From NCBI RefSeq assembly GCF_036365525.1, contig NC_090399.1, positions 66,210,862 through 66,274,861 of the forward strand: a stretch of 64,000 nucleotides of DNA, given 5' to 3'. Position numbers and translations under genes: made by a program. A model generated the notes under the pieces. The model saw nothing but the letters and a program-made list of their open reading frames with translations, searched no databases and was not told the origin of the DNA. How positions within the stretch are numbered: position 1 is the first letter of the stretch; every line of letters starts with the position of its first letter. Source of the stretch: Heterodontus francisci. Its lineage: Eukaryota. Positions 48,503 to 60,400 of the stretch are shown piece by piece.

Positions 48503-50465
48503 ACACTGACCCTCCCTCCCTCCTGGAGTGAGACTGGATCCTCACACAGCTCAGCACTGACCCTCCCTCCTGTAGTGAGACTGGATCCTCACACAGCTCA
48601 GCACTGACCCTCCCTCCCTCCTGTAGTGAGACTGGATCCTCACACAGCTCAGCATGGACCCTCCCTCCTGTAGTGAGACTGGATCCTCACACAGCTCAGC
48701 ACTGACCGTCCCTCCTGTAGTGAGACTGGATCCTCACACAGCTCAGCACTGACCCTCCCTCCCTCCTGTAGTGAGACTGGATCCTCACACAGCTCAGCAC
48801 TGACCCTCCCTCCTGTAGTGAGACTGGATCCTCACACAGCTCAGCACTGACCCTCCCTCCCTCCTGTAGTGAGACTGGATCCTCACACAGCTCAGCACTG
48901 ACCCTCCCTCCCTCCTGGAGTGAGACTGGATCCTCACACAGCTCAGCACTGACCCTCCCTCCTGTAGTGAGACTGGATCCTCACACAGCTCAGCACTGAC
49001 CCTCCCTCCCTCCTGTAGTGAGACTGGATCCTCACACAGCTCAGCACCGACCCTCCCTCCCTCCTGTCGTGAGACTGGATCCTCACACAGCTCAGCACTG
49101 ACCCTCCCTCCCTCCTGTAGTGAGACTGGATCCTCACACAGCTCAGCACTGACCCTCCCTCCTGTAGTGAGACTGGATCCTCACACAGCTCAGCACTGAC
49201 CCTCCCTCCTGTAGTGGAGACTGGATCCTCACACAGCTCAGCACTGACCCTCCCTCCTGTAGTGAGACTGGATCCTCACACAGCTCAGCACTGACCCTCC
49301 CTCCTGTAGTGAGACTGGATCCTCACACAGCTCAGCACTGACCCTCCATCCTGTATTGAGACTGGATCCTCACACAGCTCAGCACTGACCCTCCCTCCTG
49401 TAGTGGAGACTGGATCCTCACACAGCTCAGCACTGACCCTCCCTCCTGTAGTGAGACTGGATCCTCACACAGCTCAGCACTGACCCTCCCTCCTGTAGTG
49501 AGACTGGATCCTCACACAGCTCAGCACTGACCCTCCCTCCTGTAGTGAGACTGGATCCTCACACAGCTCAGCACTGACCCTCCCTCCTGTAGTGAGACTG
49601 GATCCTCACACAGCTCAGCATGGACCCTCCCTCCTGTAGTGAGACTGGATCCTCACACAGCTCAGCCCTGACCCTCCCTCCTGTAGTGAGACTGGATCCT
49701 CACACAGCTCAGCACTGACCCTCCCTCCTGTAGTGAGACTGGATCCTCACACAGCTCAGCACGGACCCTCCCTCCTGTAGTGAGACTGGATCCTCACACA
49801 GCTCAGCACTGACCCTCCCTCCTGTAGTGAGACTGGACCCTCACACAGCTCAGCACTGACCCTCCCATCTGCAGTGAGACTGGATCCTCACACAGCTCAG
49901 CACTGACCCTCCTTCCTGTAGTGAGACTGGATCCTTACACAGCTCAGCACTGACCCTCCTTCCTGTAGTGAGACTGGATCCTCACACAGCTCAGCACTGA
50001 CCCTCCCTCCTGTAGTGAGACTGGATCCTCACACAGCTCAGCACGGACCCTCCCTCCTGTAGTGAGACTGGATCCTTACACAGCTCAGCACTGACCCTCC
50101 TTCCTGTAGTGAGACTGGATCCTCACACAGCTCAGCACTGACCCTCCCTCCTGTAGTGAGACTGGATCCTCACACAGCTCAGCACGGACCCTCCCTCCTG
50201 TAGTGAGACTGGATCCTCACACAGCTCAGCACTGACCCTCCCTCCCTCCTGTAGTGAGACTGGATCCTCACGCAGCTCAGCACTGACCCTCCCTCCTGTA
50301 GTGAGACTGGATCCTCACACAGCTCAGCCCTGACCCTCCCTCCTGTAGTGAGACTGGATCCTCACACAGCTCAGCACGGACCCTCCCTCCTGTAGTGAGA
50401 CTGGATCCTCACGCAGCTCAGCACTGACCCTCCCTCCCTCCTGTAGTGAGACTGGATCCTCTCAC
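48503..50465. repeat. 47/51-bp minisatellite, ~41 units
   Basis: Unit CACTGACCCTCCCT(CCCT)CCTGTAGTGAGACTGGATCCTCACACAGCTCAG. Confidence 0.95.
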
Positions 50466-50483
50466 TGTGGGAGAAAGACTTAC

Positions 50484-50747
50484 CATAAAACACCACCATC
50501 TTCTCCTTCAGCCCGCTGTGATCCACCTCACAGGAGAACTTGGCCTGGTCCGCAGGATCAATATCAGTCCATTTGTGGGTCTGGTAGGTGCCATCGTGAT
50601 TGGGAAGGATCCCGTCGAAGTGAGACTCATCGAGGGAAACCCCATCTCTGCGCAGAGTCACCTCGATGGCTTGAGGGTAAAACCCAGTGGTGACACAGGA
50701 CAGTCGGTGACTATCACCGCGACGGGTAAAGGACACGGATGGAGCAA
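50484..50747 (-). CDS. MHC class I heavy chain alpha3 (C1-set Ig) exon, shark UAA-like
   Basis: TCTCTGTCTCAG| APSVSFTRRGDSHRLSCVTTGFYPQAIEVTL..GILPNHDGTYQ..FSCEVDHSGL..VVFY G|GTAAGT; 264 nt, phase 1-1. Confidence 0.93.
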
Positions 50748-50914
50748 CTGAGACAGAGAGAGAGGAGTTAGTACAGTAATCCAGAGAAACAGACTCGCCC
50801 ACTCTCGGTCCATCCCACTCCCCTCACCCGCCCGCCTCAGTTACCCCCCTCAATCACTCACTCGCTCACTCTCAGTTCCCCCTCCACTCGCTCACTCTCC
50901 AGTACCCCCTCCAT

Positions 50915-51112
50915 AAGACTTGCAGGTTGATAGGTAAATTGGCCATTATAAATTGCCCCTAGTATAGGTAGGTGGTAGGGGAATATAGGGACAGGTGAGG
51001 ATGTGGTAGGAATATGGGATTAGTGTAGGATTAGTATAAATGGGTGGTTAATGGTTGGCACAGACTTGGTGGGCCGAAGGGCCTGTTTCAGTGCTGTATC
51101 TCCAAATCAAAT
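50915..51112 (+). mobile_element. 5'-truncated HE1-type SINE at the edge of the minisatellite
   Basis: AAGACTTGCAGGTTGATAGG...GTTTCAGTGCTGTATCTCCAAATCAAATC is the reverse complement of the SINE 3' half elsewhere in the window. Confidence 0.85.
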
Positions 51113-51490
51113 CACTCGCTCACTCTCAGTTCCCCCCCCACTCGCCCACTCTCCAGTTCCCCCCCACTCGCTCACTCTCCAGTTCCCCCCCACTCGCTCA
51201 CTCTCCAGATCCCCCCACTCGCTCACTCTCCAGTTCCCCCCCACTCGCTCACTCTCCAGTTCCCCCCCACTCGCTCACTCTCCAGTTCCCCCCCACTCGC
51301 TCACTCTCCAGTTCCCCCCCACTCGCTCACTCTCCAGTTCCCCCCCACTCGCTCACTCTCCAGTTTCCCCCCATTCGCTCACTCTCCAGTTCCCCCCCAC
51401 TCGCTCACTCTCCAGTTCCCCCCCACTCGCTCACTCTCCAGTTCCCCCCCACTCGCTCACTCTCCAGTTCCCCCCCACTCGCTCACTCTC
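51113..51490. repeat. 26-bp minisatellite
   Basis: Unit TCCAGTTCCCCCCCACTCGCTCACTC, ~14 copies. Confidence 0.9.
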
Positions 51491-54400
51491 CAGTTCCCCC
51501 CTCACTCGTTCCCTCGCTCTCAGTTCCCCCCTCACCTGTTCTGTCGCTCTCAGTTCCCCCCTCACTCGTCCCCTCGCTCTCAGTTCACCCCTCACTCGTT
51601 CCCTCGCTCTCAGTTCCCCCCTCACTCGTTCACTCGCTCTCAGTTACCCCCTCACTCGTTCACTCGCTCTCAGTTCCCCCCTCACTCGTTCACTCGCTCT
51701 CAGTTCCCCCCTCACTCGTTCCCTCGCTCTCAGTTACCCCCTCACTCGTCCCCTCGTTCTCAGTTCCCCCCTCACTCGTTCCCCCCTCACTCGTTCACAC
51801 ACTATCAGTTCCCCCCTCACTCGTTCCCTCGCTCTCAGTTCCCCCCTCACTCGTTCCCTCGCTCTCAGTTCCCCGCTCACTCGTTCCCTGACTCTCAGTT
51901 CCCCCCTCACTCGTTCCCTCGCTCTCAGTTCCCCCCTCACTCGTTCCCTCGCTCTCAGGTCCCCCCTCACTCGTTCCCTCGCTCTCAGGTCCCCCCTCAC
52001 TCGTTCCCTCGCTCTCAGGTCCCCCCTCACTCGTTCCCTCGCTCTCAGGTCCCCTCCACTCGTTCACTCGCTCTCAGTTCCCCCCTCACTCGTTCCCTCG
52101 CTCTCAGTTCCCCCCTCACTCGTTCACACACTATCAGTTCCCCCCTCACTCGTTCCCTCGCTCTCAGTTCCCCCCTCACTCGTTCACTCGCTATCAGTTC
52201 CCCCCTCACTCGTTCCCTCACTCGCAGTTCCCCCCTCACTCGTTCCCTCGCTCTCAGTTCCCCCCTCACTCGTTCGCTCACTCTCAGTTCCCCCCTCACT
52301 CGTTCGCTCACTCTCAGTGCCCACCTCACTTGTTCGCTCACTCTCAGTTCCCCCGTCACTCGTTCCCTGACTCTCAGTTCCCCCCTCACTCTTTCCCAGA
52401 CTCTCAGTTCCCCCCTCACTCGTTCACTCGCACTCAGTTCCCCCATGACTCGCTCACTCACTCTCAGTTCCCCCCTCACTCGTTCCCTGACTCTCAGTTC
52501 CCCCCTCACTCTTTCCCAGACTCTCAGTTCCCCCCTCACTCGTTCGCTCGCTCTCAGTTCCCCCCTCACTCGTTCCCTCGCTCTCAGTTCCCCCCTCACT
52601 CGTTCCCTCGCTCTCAGTTCCCCCCTCACTCGCTCCCTCGCTCTCAGTTCCCCCCTCACTCGCTCCCTCGCTCTCAGTTCCCCCCTCACTCGCTCCCTCG
52701 CTCTCAGTTCCCCCCTCACTCGCTCCCTCGCTCTCAGTTCCCCCCTCACTCGTTCCCTCGCTCTCAGTTCCCCCCTCACTCGTTCCCTCGCTCTCAGTTC
52801 CCCCCTCACTCGTTCCCTCGCTCTCAGTTCCCCCCTCACTCGTTCCCTCGCTCTCAGTTCCCCCCTCACTCGTTCCCTCGCTCTCAGTTCCCCCCTCACT
52901 CGTTCCCTCGCTCTCAGTTCCCCCCTCACTCGTTCCCTCGCTCTCAGTTCCCCCCTCACTCGTTCCCTCGCTCTCAGTTCCCCCCTCACTCGTTCCCTCG
53001 CTCTCAGTTCCCCCCTCACTCGTTCCCTCGCTCTCAGTTCCCCCCTCACTCTCAGTTCCCCTCCACTCGTTCACTCGCTCTCAGTTCCCCCCTCACTCGT
53101 TCCCTCGCTCTCAGTTCCCCCCTCACTCGTTCACACACTATCAGTTCCCCCCCCACTCGTTCACACACTATCAGTTCCCCCCTCACTCGTTCCCTCGCTC
53201 TCAGTTCCCCCCTCACTCGTTCACTCGCTATCAGTTCCCCCCTCACTCGTTCCCTCACTCGCAGTTCCCCCCTCACTCGTTCCCTCGCTCTCAGTTCCCC
53301 CCTCACTCGTTCGCTCATCTCAGTTCCCCCCTCACTCGTTCGCTCACTCTCAGTTCCCACCTCACTTGTTCGCTCACTCTCAGTTCCCCCATGACTCGCT
53401 CACTCACTCTCAGTTCCCCCCTCACTCGTTCCCTGACTCTCAGTTCCCCCCTCACTCTTTCCCAGACTCTCAGTTCCCCCCTCACTCGTTCGCTCGCTCT
53501 CAGTTCCCCCCTCACTCGTTCCCTCGCTCTCAGTTCCCCCCTCACTCGTTCCCTCACTCTCAGTTCCCCCCTCACTCGTTCCCTCGCTCTCAGTTCCCCC
53601 CTCACTCGTTCCCTCGCTCTCAGTTCCCCCCTCACTCGCTCCCTCGCTCTCAGTTCCCCCCTCACTCGCTCCCTCGCTCTCAGTTCCCCCCTCACTCGTT
53701 CCCTCGCTCTCAGTTCCCCCCTCACTCGTTCCCTCGCTCTCAGTTCCCCCCTCACTCGTTCCCTCGCTCTCAGTTCCCCCCTCACTCGTTCCCTCGCTCT
53801 CAGTTCCCCCCTCACTCGTTCCCTCGCTCTCAGTTCCCCCCTCACTCGTTCCCTCGCTCTCAGTTCCCCCCTCACTCGTTCACTCGCTCTCAGTTCCCCC
53901 CTCACTCGTTCACTCGCTCTCAGTTCCCCCCTCACTCGTTCGCTCGCTCTCAGTTCCCCCCTCACTCGTTCCCTCGCTTTCAGTTCCCCCCTCACTCGTT
54001 CCCTCGCTCTCAGTTCCCCCCTCACTCGTTCCCTCGCTCTCAGTTCCCCCCTCACTCGTTCCCTCGCACTCAGTTCCCCCCTCACTCGTTCACTCGCTTT
54101 CAGATCCCCCCTCACTCGTTCACTCGCTCTCAGATCCCCCCTCACTCGTTCCCTGACTCTCAGTTCCCCCCTCACTCGTTCCCTGACTCTCAGTTTCCCC
54201 CTCACTCGTCCCCCCGCTCAGTTCCCCCCTCACTTGTTCCCTCGCTCTCAGTTACCCCCTCACTTGTTCCCTCGCTCTCAATTCCCCCCTCACTCGTTCA
54301 CTCGCTCTCAGTTCCCCCCTCACTCGTTCACTCGCTCTCAGTTCCCACCTCACTCGTCCCCTCGCTCTCAGTTCCCACCTCACTCATTCACTCACTATCA

Positions 54401-57400
54401 GTTCCCCCCTCACTCGTTCCCTCGCTCTCAGTTCCCCCCTCACTCGTTCGCTCACTCTCAGTTACCCACTCACTCGTTCGCTCACTCTCAGTTACCCCCT
54501 CACTCGTTCACTCACTCTCAGTTCCCACCTCACTCGTTCGCTCACTCTCAGTTCCCACCTCACTCGTTCGCTCACTCTCAGTTCCCACCTCACTCGTCCC
54601 CTCGCTCTCAGTTCCCCCCTCACTCGTTCCCTCGCTCTCAGATCCCCCCTCACTCGTTCACACACTATCAGTTCCCCCCTCACTCGTTCCCTCGCTCTCA
54701 GTTCCCCCCTCACTCGTTCACTCACTATCAGTTCCCCCCTCACTCGTTCACTCACTATCAGTTCCCCCTCACTTGTTTCCTCGCTCTCAGTTACCCCCTC
54801 ACTCGTTCGCTCACTCTCAGTTCCCCCCTCACTCGTTCGCTCACTCTCAGTTCCCACCTCACTCGTTCGCTCACTCTCAGTTCCCCCCTCACTCGTTCGC
54901 TCACTCTCAGTTCCCACCTCACTCGTTCGCTCACTCTCAGTTCCCCCCTCACTCGTTCGCTCACTCTCAGTTCCCCCCTCACTCGTTCGCTCACTCTCAG
55001 TTCCCACCTCACTCGTTCGCTCGCTCTCAGTTCCCACCTCACTGGTTCACTCGCACTCAGTTCCCCCCTCATTCATTCAATCACTCTCAGTTCCCCCTTC
55101 ACTCGTTCCCTCGCTCTCAGTTCCCCCTCACTCGTTCCCTCGCTCTCAGTTCCCCCCTCATTCATTCACTCACTCTCAGTTCCCCCCTCATTCATTCACT
55201 CACTCTCAGTTCCCCCCTCATTTATTCACTCACTCTCAGTTCCCCCCTCATTCATTCAGTCACTCTCAGTTCCCCCCTCATTCATTCACTCTCTCTCAGT
55301 TCCCCCCTCATTCATTCACTCGCTCTCAGTTCCCCCCTCATTCATTGACTCGCTCTCAGTTCCCCCCTCATTCTTTCACTCGCTCTCAGTTCCCCCCTCA
55401 CTCGTTCACCCGCTCTCAGTTCCCCCCTCACTCGTTCTCTCGCTCTCAGTTCCCCCCTCACCTGTTCTGTCGCTCTCAGTTCCCCCCTCGCTCTCAGTTC
55501 CCCCCTCGCTCGTTCCCTCGCTCTCAGTTCCCCCCTCGCTCGTTCCCTCGCTCTCAGTTCCCCCCTCACTCGTTCACTCGCTCTCAGTTCCCCCGTCACT
55601 CGTCCCCTCGCTCTCAGTTCCCCCTTCACTCGATCCCTCGCTCTCAGTTCCCCCCTCACTCGATCCCTCGCTCTCAGTTCCCCCCTCACTCGATCCCTCG
55701 CTCTCAGTTCCCCCCTCACTCGTTCCCTCGCTCTCAGTTCCCCCCTCACTCGTTCCCTCGCTCTCAGTTCCCCCCTCACTCGTTCACTCGCTCTCAGTTC
55801 CCCCCTCACTCGTTCCCTCGCTCTCAGTTCCCCCCTCACTCGTCCCCTCGCTCTCAGTTCCCCCCTCACTCGATCCCTCGCTCTCAGTTCCCCCCTCACT
55901 CGATCCCTCGCTCTCAGTTCCCCCTCACTCGTCCCCTCGCTCTCAGTTCCCTCCTCACTCGTTCCCTCGCTCTCAGTTCCCCCCTCACTCGTTCACTCGC
56001 TCTCAGTTCCCCCCTCACTCGTTCACTCGCTCTCAGTTCCCCCCTCACTCGTTCGCTCACTCTCAGTTCCCTCCTCACTCGTTCCCTCGCTCTCAGTTCC
56101 CCCTCACTCGTCCCCTCGCTCTCAGTTCCCTCCTCACTCGTTCGCTCACTCTCAGTTCCCTCCTCACTCGTTCCCTCGCTCTCAGTTCCCCCCTCACTCG
56201 TTCACTCGCTCTCAGTTCCCCCCTCACTCGTTCCCTCGCTCTCAGTTCCCCCCTCACTCGTTCCCTCGCTCTCAGTTCCCCCCTCACTCGTTCCCTCGCT
56301 CTCAGTTCCCCCCTCACTCGTTCCCTCGCTCTCAGTTCCCCCCTCACTCGTTCCCTCGCTCTCAGTTCCCCCCTCACTCGTTCCCTCGCTCTCAGTTCCC
56401 CCCTCACTCGTTCCCTCGCTCTCAGTTCCCCCCTCACTCGTTCCCTCGCTCTCAGTTCCCCCCTCACTCGTTCCCTCGCTCTCAGTTCCCCCCTCAGTCG
56501 TTCCCTCGCTCTCAGTTCCCCCCTCACTAGTTCCCTCGCTCTCAGTTCCCCCCTCACTCGTTCACACGCTCTCAGTTCCCCCCTCACTCGTTCCCTCGCT
56601 CTCAGTTCCCCCCTCACTCGTTCCCTCGCTCTCAGTTCCCCCCTCACTCGTTCCCTCGCTCTCAGTTCCCCCCTCACTCGTTCACACGCTCTCAGATCCC
56701 CCCTCACTCGTTCACACGCTCTCAGTTCCCCCCTCACTCGTTCACACGCTCTCAGTTCCCCCCTCACTCGTTCCCTCGCTCTCAGTTCCCCCCTCACTCG
56801 TTCCCTCGCTCTCAGTTCCCCCCTCACCCGTTCACACGCACTTAGTTCCCCCCTCACATGTTCACTCGCTCTCAGTTCCCCCCTCACTCGTCCCCTCGCT
56901 CTCAGTTCCCCCCTCACTCGTCCCTTCGCTCTCAGTTCCCCCCTCACTCGTTCCCTCACTCTCAGTTCCCCCCTCACTCGTTCACACACTATCAGTTCCC
57001 CCCTCACTCGTTCCCTCGCTCTCAGTTCCCCCCTCACTCGTTCACTCACTCTCAGTTCCCCCCTCACTCGTTCACTCACTCTCAGTTCCCCCCTCACTCG
57101 TTCGCTCACTCTCAGTTCCCCCTCACTCGTTCGCTGACTCTCAGTTCCCCCCTCACTCGTTCGCTCACTCTCAGTTCCCCCCTCACTCGTTCGCTCACTC
57201 TCAGTTCCCCCCTCACTCGTTCGCTCACTCTCAGTTCCCCCCTCACTCGTTCGCTCACTCTCAGTTCCCCCCTCACTCGTACGCTGACTCTCAGTTCCCC
57301 CCTCACTCGTTCGCTGACTCTCAGTTCCCACCTCACTCGTTCGCTCACTCTCAGTTCCCCCCTCACTCGTTCGCTCGTTCTCAGTTCCCCCCTCACTCGT

Positions 57401-60400
57401 TCCCTCGCTCTCAGTTCCCCCCTCACTCGTCCCCTCGTTCTCAGTTCCCCCCTCACTCGTTCCCTCGCTCTCAGTTCCCCCCTCACTCGTTCACACACTA
57501 TCAGTTCCCCCCTCACTCGTTCCCTCGCTCTCAGTTCCCCCCTCACTCGTTCCCTCGCTCTCAGTTCCCCCCTCACTCGTTCACTCACTATCAGTTCCCC
57601 CCTCACTCGTTCCCTCGCTCTCAGTTCCCCCTCACTCGTTCCCTCGCTCTCAGTTACCCCCTCACTCGTTCACTCACTCTCAGTTCCCCCCTCACTCGTT
57701 CGCTCACTCTCAGTTCCCCCCTCACTCGTTCGCTCACTCTCAGTTCCCACCTCACTCGTTCGCTCACTCTCAGTTCCCACCTCACTCGTTCGCTCACTCT
57801 CACTTCCCCCGTCACTGGTTCACTCGCACTCAGTTCCCCCCTGACTCTCTCACTCACTCTCAGTTCCCCCCTCATTCATTCACTCACTCTCCGTTCCCCC
57901 CTCATTCATTCACTCACTCTCAGTTCCCCCCTCACTCGTACACCCGCTCTCAGTTCCCCCCTCGCTCGTTCTCTCGCTCTCAGTTCCCCCCTCGCTCGTT
58001 CCCTCGCTCTCAGTTCCCCCCTCGCTCTCAGTTCCCCCCTCGCTCGTTCCCTCGCTCTCAGTTCCCCCCTCACTCGTTCCCTCGCTCTCAGTTCCCCCCT
58101 CACTCGTTCCCTCGCTCTCAGTTCCCCCCTCACTCGTTCCCTCGCTCTCAGTTCCCCCCTCACTCGTTCCCTCGCTCTCAGTTCCCCCCTCACTCGTTCC
58201 CTCGCTCTCAGTTCCCCCCTCACTCGTTCCCTCGCTCTCAGTTCCCCCCTCACTCGTTCCCTCGCTCTCAGTTCCCCCCTCACTCGTTCCCTCGCTCTCA
58301 GTTACCCCCTCACTCGTTCCCTCGCTCTCAGTTACCCCCTCACTCGTTCCCTCGCTCTCAGTTACCCCCTCACTCGTTCCCTCGCTCTCAGTTCCCCCCT
58401 CACTCGTTCCCTCGCTCTCAGTTACCCCCTCACTCGTTCCCTCGCTCTCAGTTACCCCCTCACTCGTCCCCTCGTTCTCAGTTCCCCCCTCACTCGTTCC
58501 CTCGCTCTCAGTTCCCCCCTCACTCGTTCACACACTATCAGTTCCCCCCTCACTCGTTCCCTCGCTCTCAGTTCCCCCCTCACTCGTTCCCTCGCTCTCA
58601 GTTCCCCCCTCACTCGTTCACTCACTATCAGTTCCCCCCTCACTCGTTCCCTCGCTCTCAGTTCCCCCTCACTCGTTCCCTCGCTCTCAGTTACCCCCTC
58701 ACTCGTTCACTCACTCTCAGTTCCCCCCTCACTCGTTCACTCACTCTCAGTTCCCCCCTCACTCGTTCACTCACTCTCAGTTCCCCCCTCACTCGTTCAC
58801 TCACTCTCAGTTCCCCCCTCACTCGTTCACTCACTATCAGTTCCCCCCTCACTCGTTCCCTCGCTCTCAGTTCCCCCCTCACTCGTTCGCTCACTCTCAG
58901 TTGCCCCCTCACTCGTTCGCTCACTCTCAGTTTCCCCCTCACTCGTTCGCTCACTCTCAGATCCCCCCTCACTCGTTCGCTCACTCTCAGTTCCCCCCTC
59001 ACTCGTTCCCTCGCTCTCAGTTCCCCCCTCACTCGTTCCCTCGCTCTCAGTTCCCCCCCTCACTCGTTCCCTCGCTCTCAGTTCCCCCCCTCACTCGTTC
59101 CCTCGCTCTCAGTTCCCCCCTCACTCGTTCCCTCGCTCTCAGTTCCCCCCTCACTCGTTCCCTCGCTCTCAGTTCCCCCCTCACTCGTTCCCTCGCTCTC
59201 AGTTCCCCCCTCACTCGTTCCCTCGCTCTCAGTTCCCTCCTCACTCGTTCCCTCGCACTCAGTTCCCCCCTCACTCGTTCACTCGCTCTCAGATCCCCCC
59301 TCACTCGTTCACTCGTTCTCAGATCCCCCCTCACTCGTTCCCTGACTCTCAGTTCCCCCCTCACTCGTTCCCTGACTCTCAGTTCCCCCCTCACTCGTCC
59401 CCCCGCTCAGTTCCCCCCTCACTTGTTCCCTCGCTCTCAGTTACCCCCTCGCTCGTCCCCTCGCTCTCAGTTCCCCCCTCGCTCTCAGTTCCCCCCTCGC
59501 TCGTCCCCTCGCTCTCAGTTCCCCCCTCGCTCTCAGTTCCCCCCTCGCTCTCAGTTCCCCCCTCGCTCTCAGTTCCCCCCTCGCTCGTTCCCTCGCTCTC
59601 AGTTCCCCCCTCACTCGTTCCCTTGCTCTCAGTTCCCCCCTCACTCGTTCCCTCGCTCTCAGTTCCCCCCTCACTCGTTCCCTCGCTCTCAGTTCCCCCC
59701 TCACTCGTTCCCTCGCTCTCAGTTCCCCCCTCACTCGTTCACTCGCTCTCAGTTCCCCCCTCACTCGTCCCCTCGCTCTCAGTTCCCCCCTCACTCGATC
59801 CCTCGCTCTCAGTTCCCCCCTCACTCGTTCCCTCGCTCTCAGTTCCCCCCTCACTCGTTCCCTCGCTCTCAGTTCCCCCCTCACTCGTTCCCTCGCTCTC
59901 AGTTCCCCCCTCACTCGTTCCCTCGCTCTCAGTTCCCCCCTCACCTGTTCTGTCGCTCACAGTTCCCCCTCACTCGTCCCCTTGCTCTCAGTTCCCCCCT
60001 CACTCGTTCCCTCGCTCTCAGTTCCCCCCTCACTCGTTCGCTCACTCTCAGTTGCCCCCTCACTCGTTCGCTCACTCTCAGTTTCCCCCTCACTCGTTCG
60101 CTCACTCTCAGATCCCCCCTCACTCGTTCGCTCACTCTCAGTTCCCCCCTCACTCGTTCCCTCGCTCTCAGTTCCCCCCTCACTCGTTCCCTCGCTCTCA
60201 GTTCCCCCCCTCACTCGTTCCCTCGCTCTCAGTTCCCCCCCTCACTCGTTCCCTCGCTCTCAGTTCCCCCCTCACTCGTTCCCTCGCTCTCAGTTCCCCC
60301 CTCACTCGTTCCCTCGCTCTCAGTTCCCCCCTCACTCGTTCCCTCGCTCTCAGTTCCCCCCTCACTCGTTCCCTCGCTCTCAGTTCCCTCCTCACTCGTT

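Noticed and set aside
50371-50802. 143-aa ORF as a standalone single-exon gene (beta2-microglobulin or Ig constant)
   Set aside because: Only 50484-50747 is bounded by splice sites; the flanks are intron or repeat, and downstream TM and cytoplasmic exons indicate a class I heavy chain
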